Shown here: positions 63,937 to 64,000 of the stretch, in pieces
Position numbering within the stretch: the stretch's first letter is position 1
How the letters are laid out: the number at the start of each line of letters is the position of its first letter
IMG/VR virus record: IMGVR_UViG_3300028840_002104
Location: 1-64,000 of that record
Length of the DNA: 64,000 nucleotides
DNA from: a virus
Strand: one strand, 5' to 3'
Program-made: the position numbers and the translations under genes
The notes under the pieces: model-generated
Told to the model about the DNA's origin: nothing
The model's input: the letters and a program-made list of their open reading frames with translations, nothing else
The model's database searches: none

Positions 63937-64000
63937 TTACTCTTGTAACCTGACTACGTTTGTTACTATTCCCAGATTTTGCCTAAAATGCTTAAATACG

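Noticed and set aside
63583-63948. 121-aa ORF
   Set aside because: Translation of the 40-bp tandem repeat; overlaps a better-supported gene and lacks an RBS
1-64000. Integrase/att sites, transposases, DGR, tRNA or rRNA genes
   Set aside because: No recombinase, transposase or RT motifs and no RNA gene signatures recognised by eye; the window may not cover the whole genome

Overview
The window looks like most of a tailed dsDNA phage genome (Caudoviricetes, siphovirus-like). Essentially all real genes are on the + strand; no integrase, rRNA or tRNA was seen. 1-31.3 kb is the virion module: two beta-helix spike-like paralogs, holin-like gene, terminase, portal, scaffold, N4-gp56-type major capsid, neck/tail genes, a tail chaperone with a -1 frameshift, tape measure and tail-tip proteins. 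31.4-53 kb covers replication/recombination: SF2 helicase, two UDG-fold genes, DnaB, primase, SSB, PolA, RecA, Cas4-like nuclease, resolvases, GT4 glycosyltransferase, WYL, an Acb2/Tad1-like sponge, M15 peptidase and a SpoVS-like protein. 53.5-62.6 kb holds a 7-deazaguanine DNA-modification pathway (queC, folE, queD, queE, dpdA-like) and accessory genes. The standout is a hairpin-bracketed cassette at 58076-59168: a non-coding array of 61 in-phase pentamers G-K-Y-N-N (constant triplet plus freely variable dinucleotide) directly upstream of a stand-alone Cas7/RAMP-like gene. It is a candidate RNA-guided system with a non-contiguous guide code, not a CRISPR array. Also found: a structured ~195-nt RNA candidate after polA, operator-like palindromes at promoters, unannotated micro-ORFs, and a palindrome-flanked 40-bp tandem repeat at the right end. 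All protein calls come from motif recognition by eye; no database searches were run.
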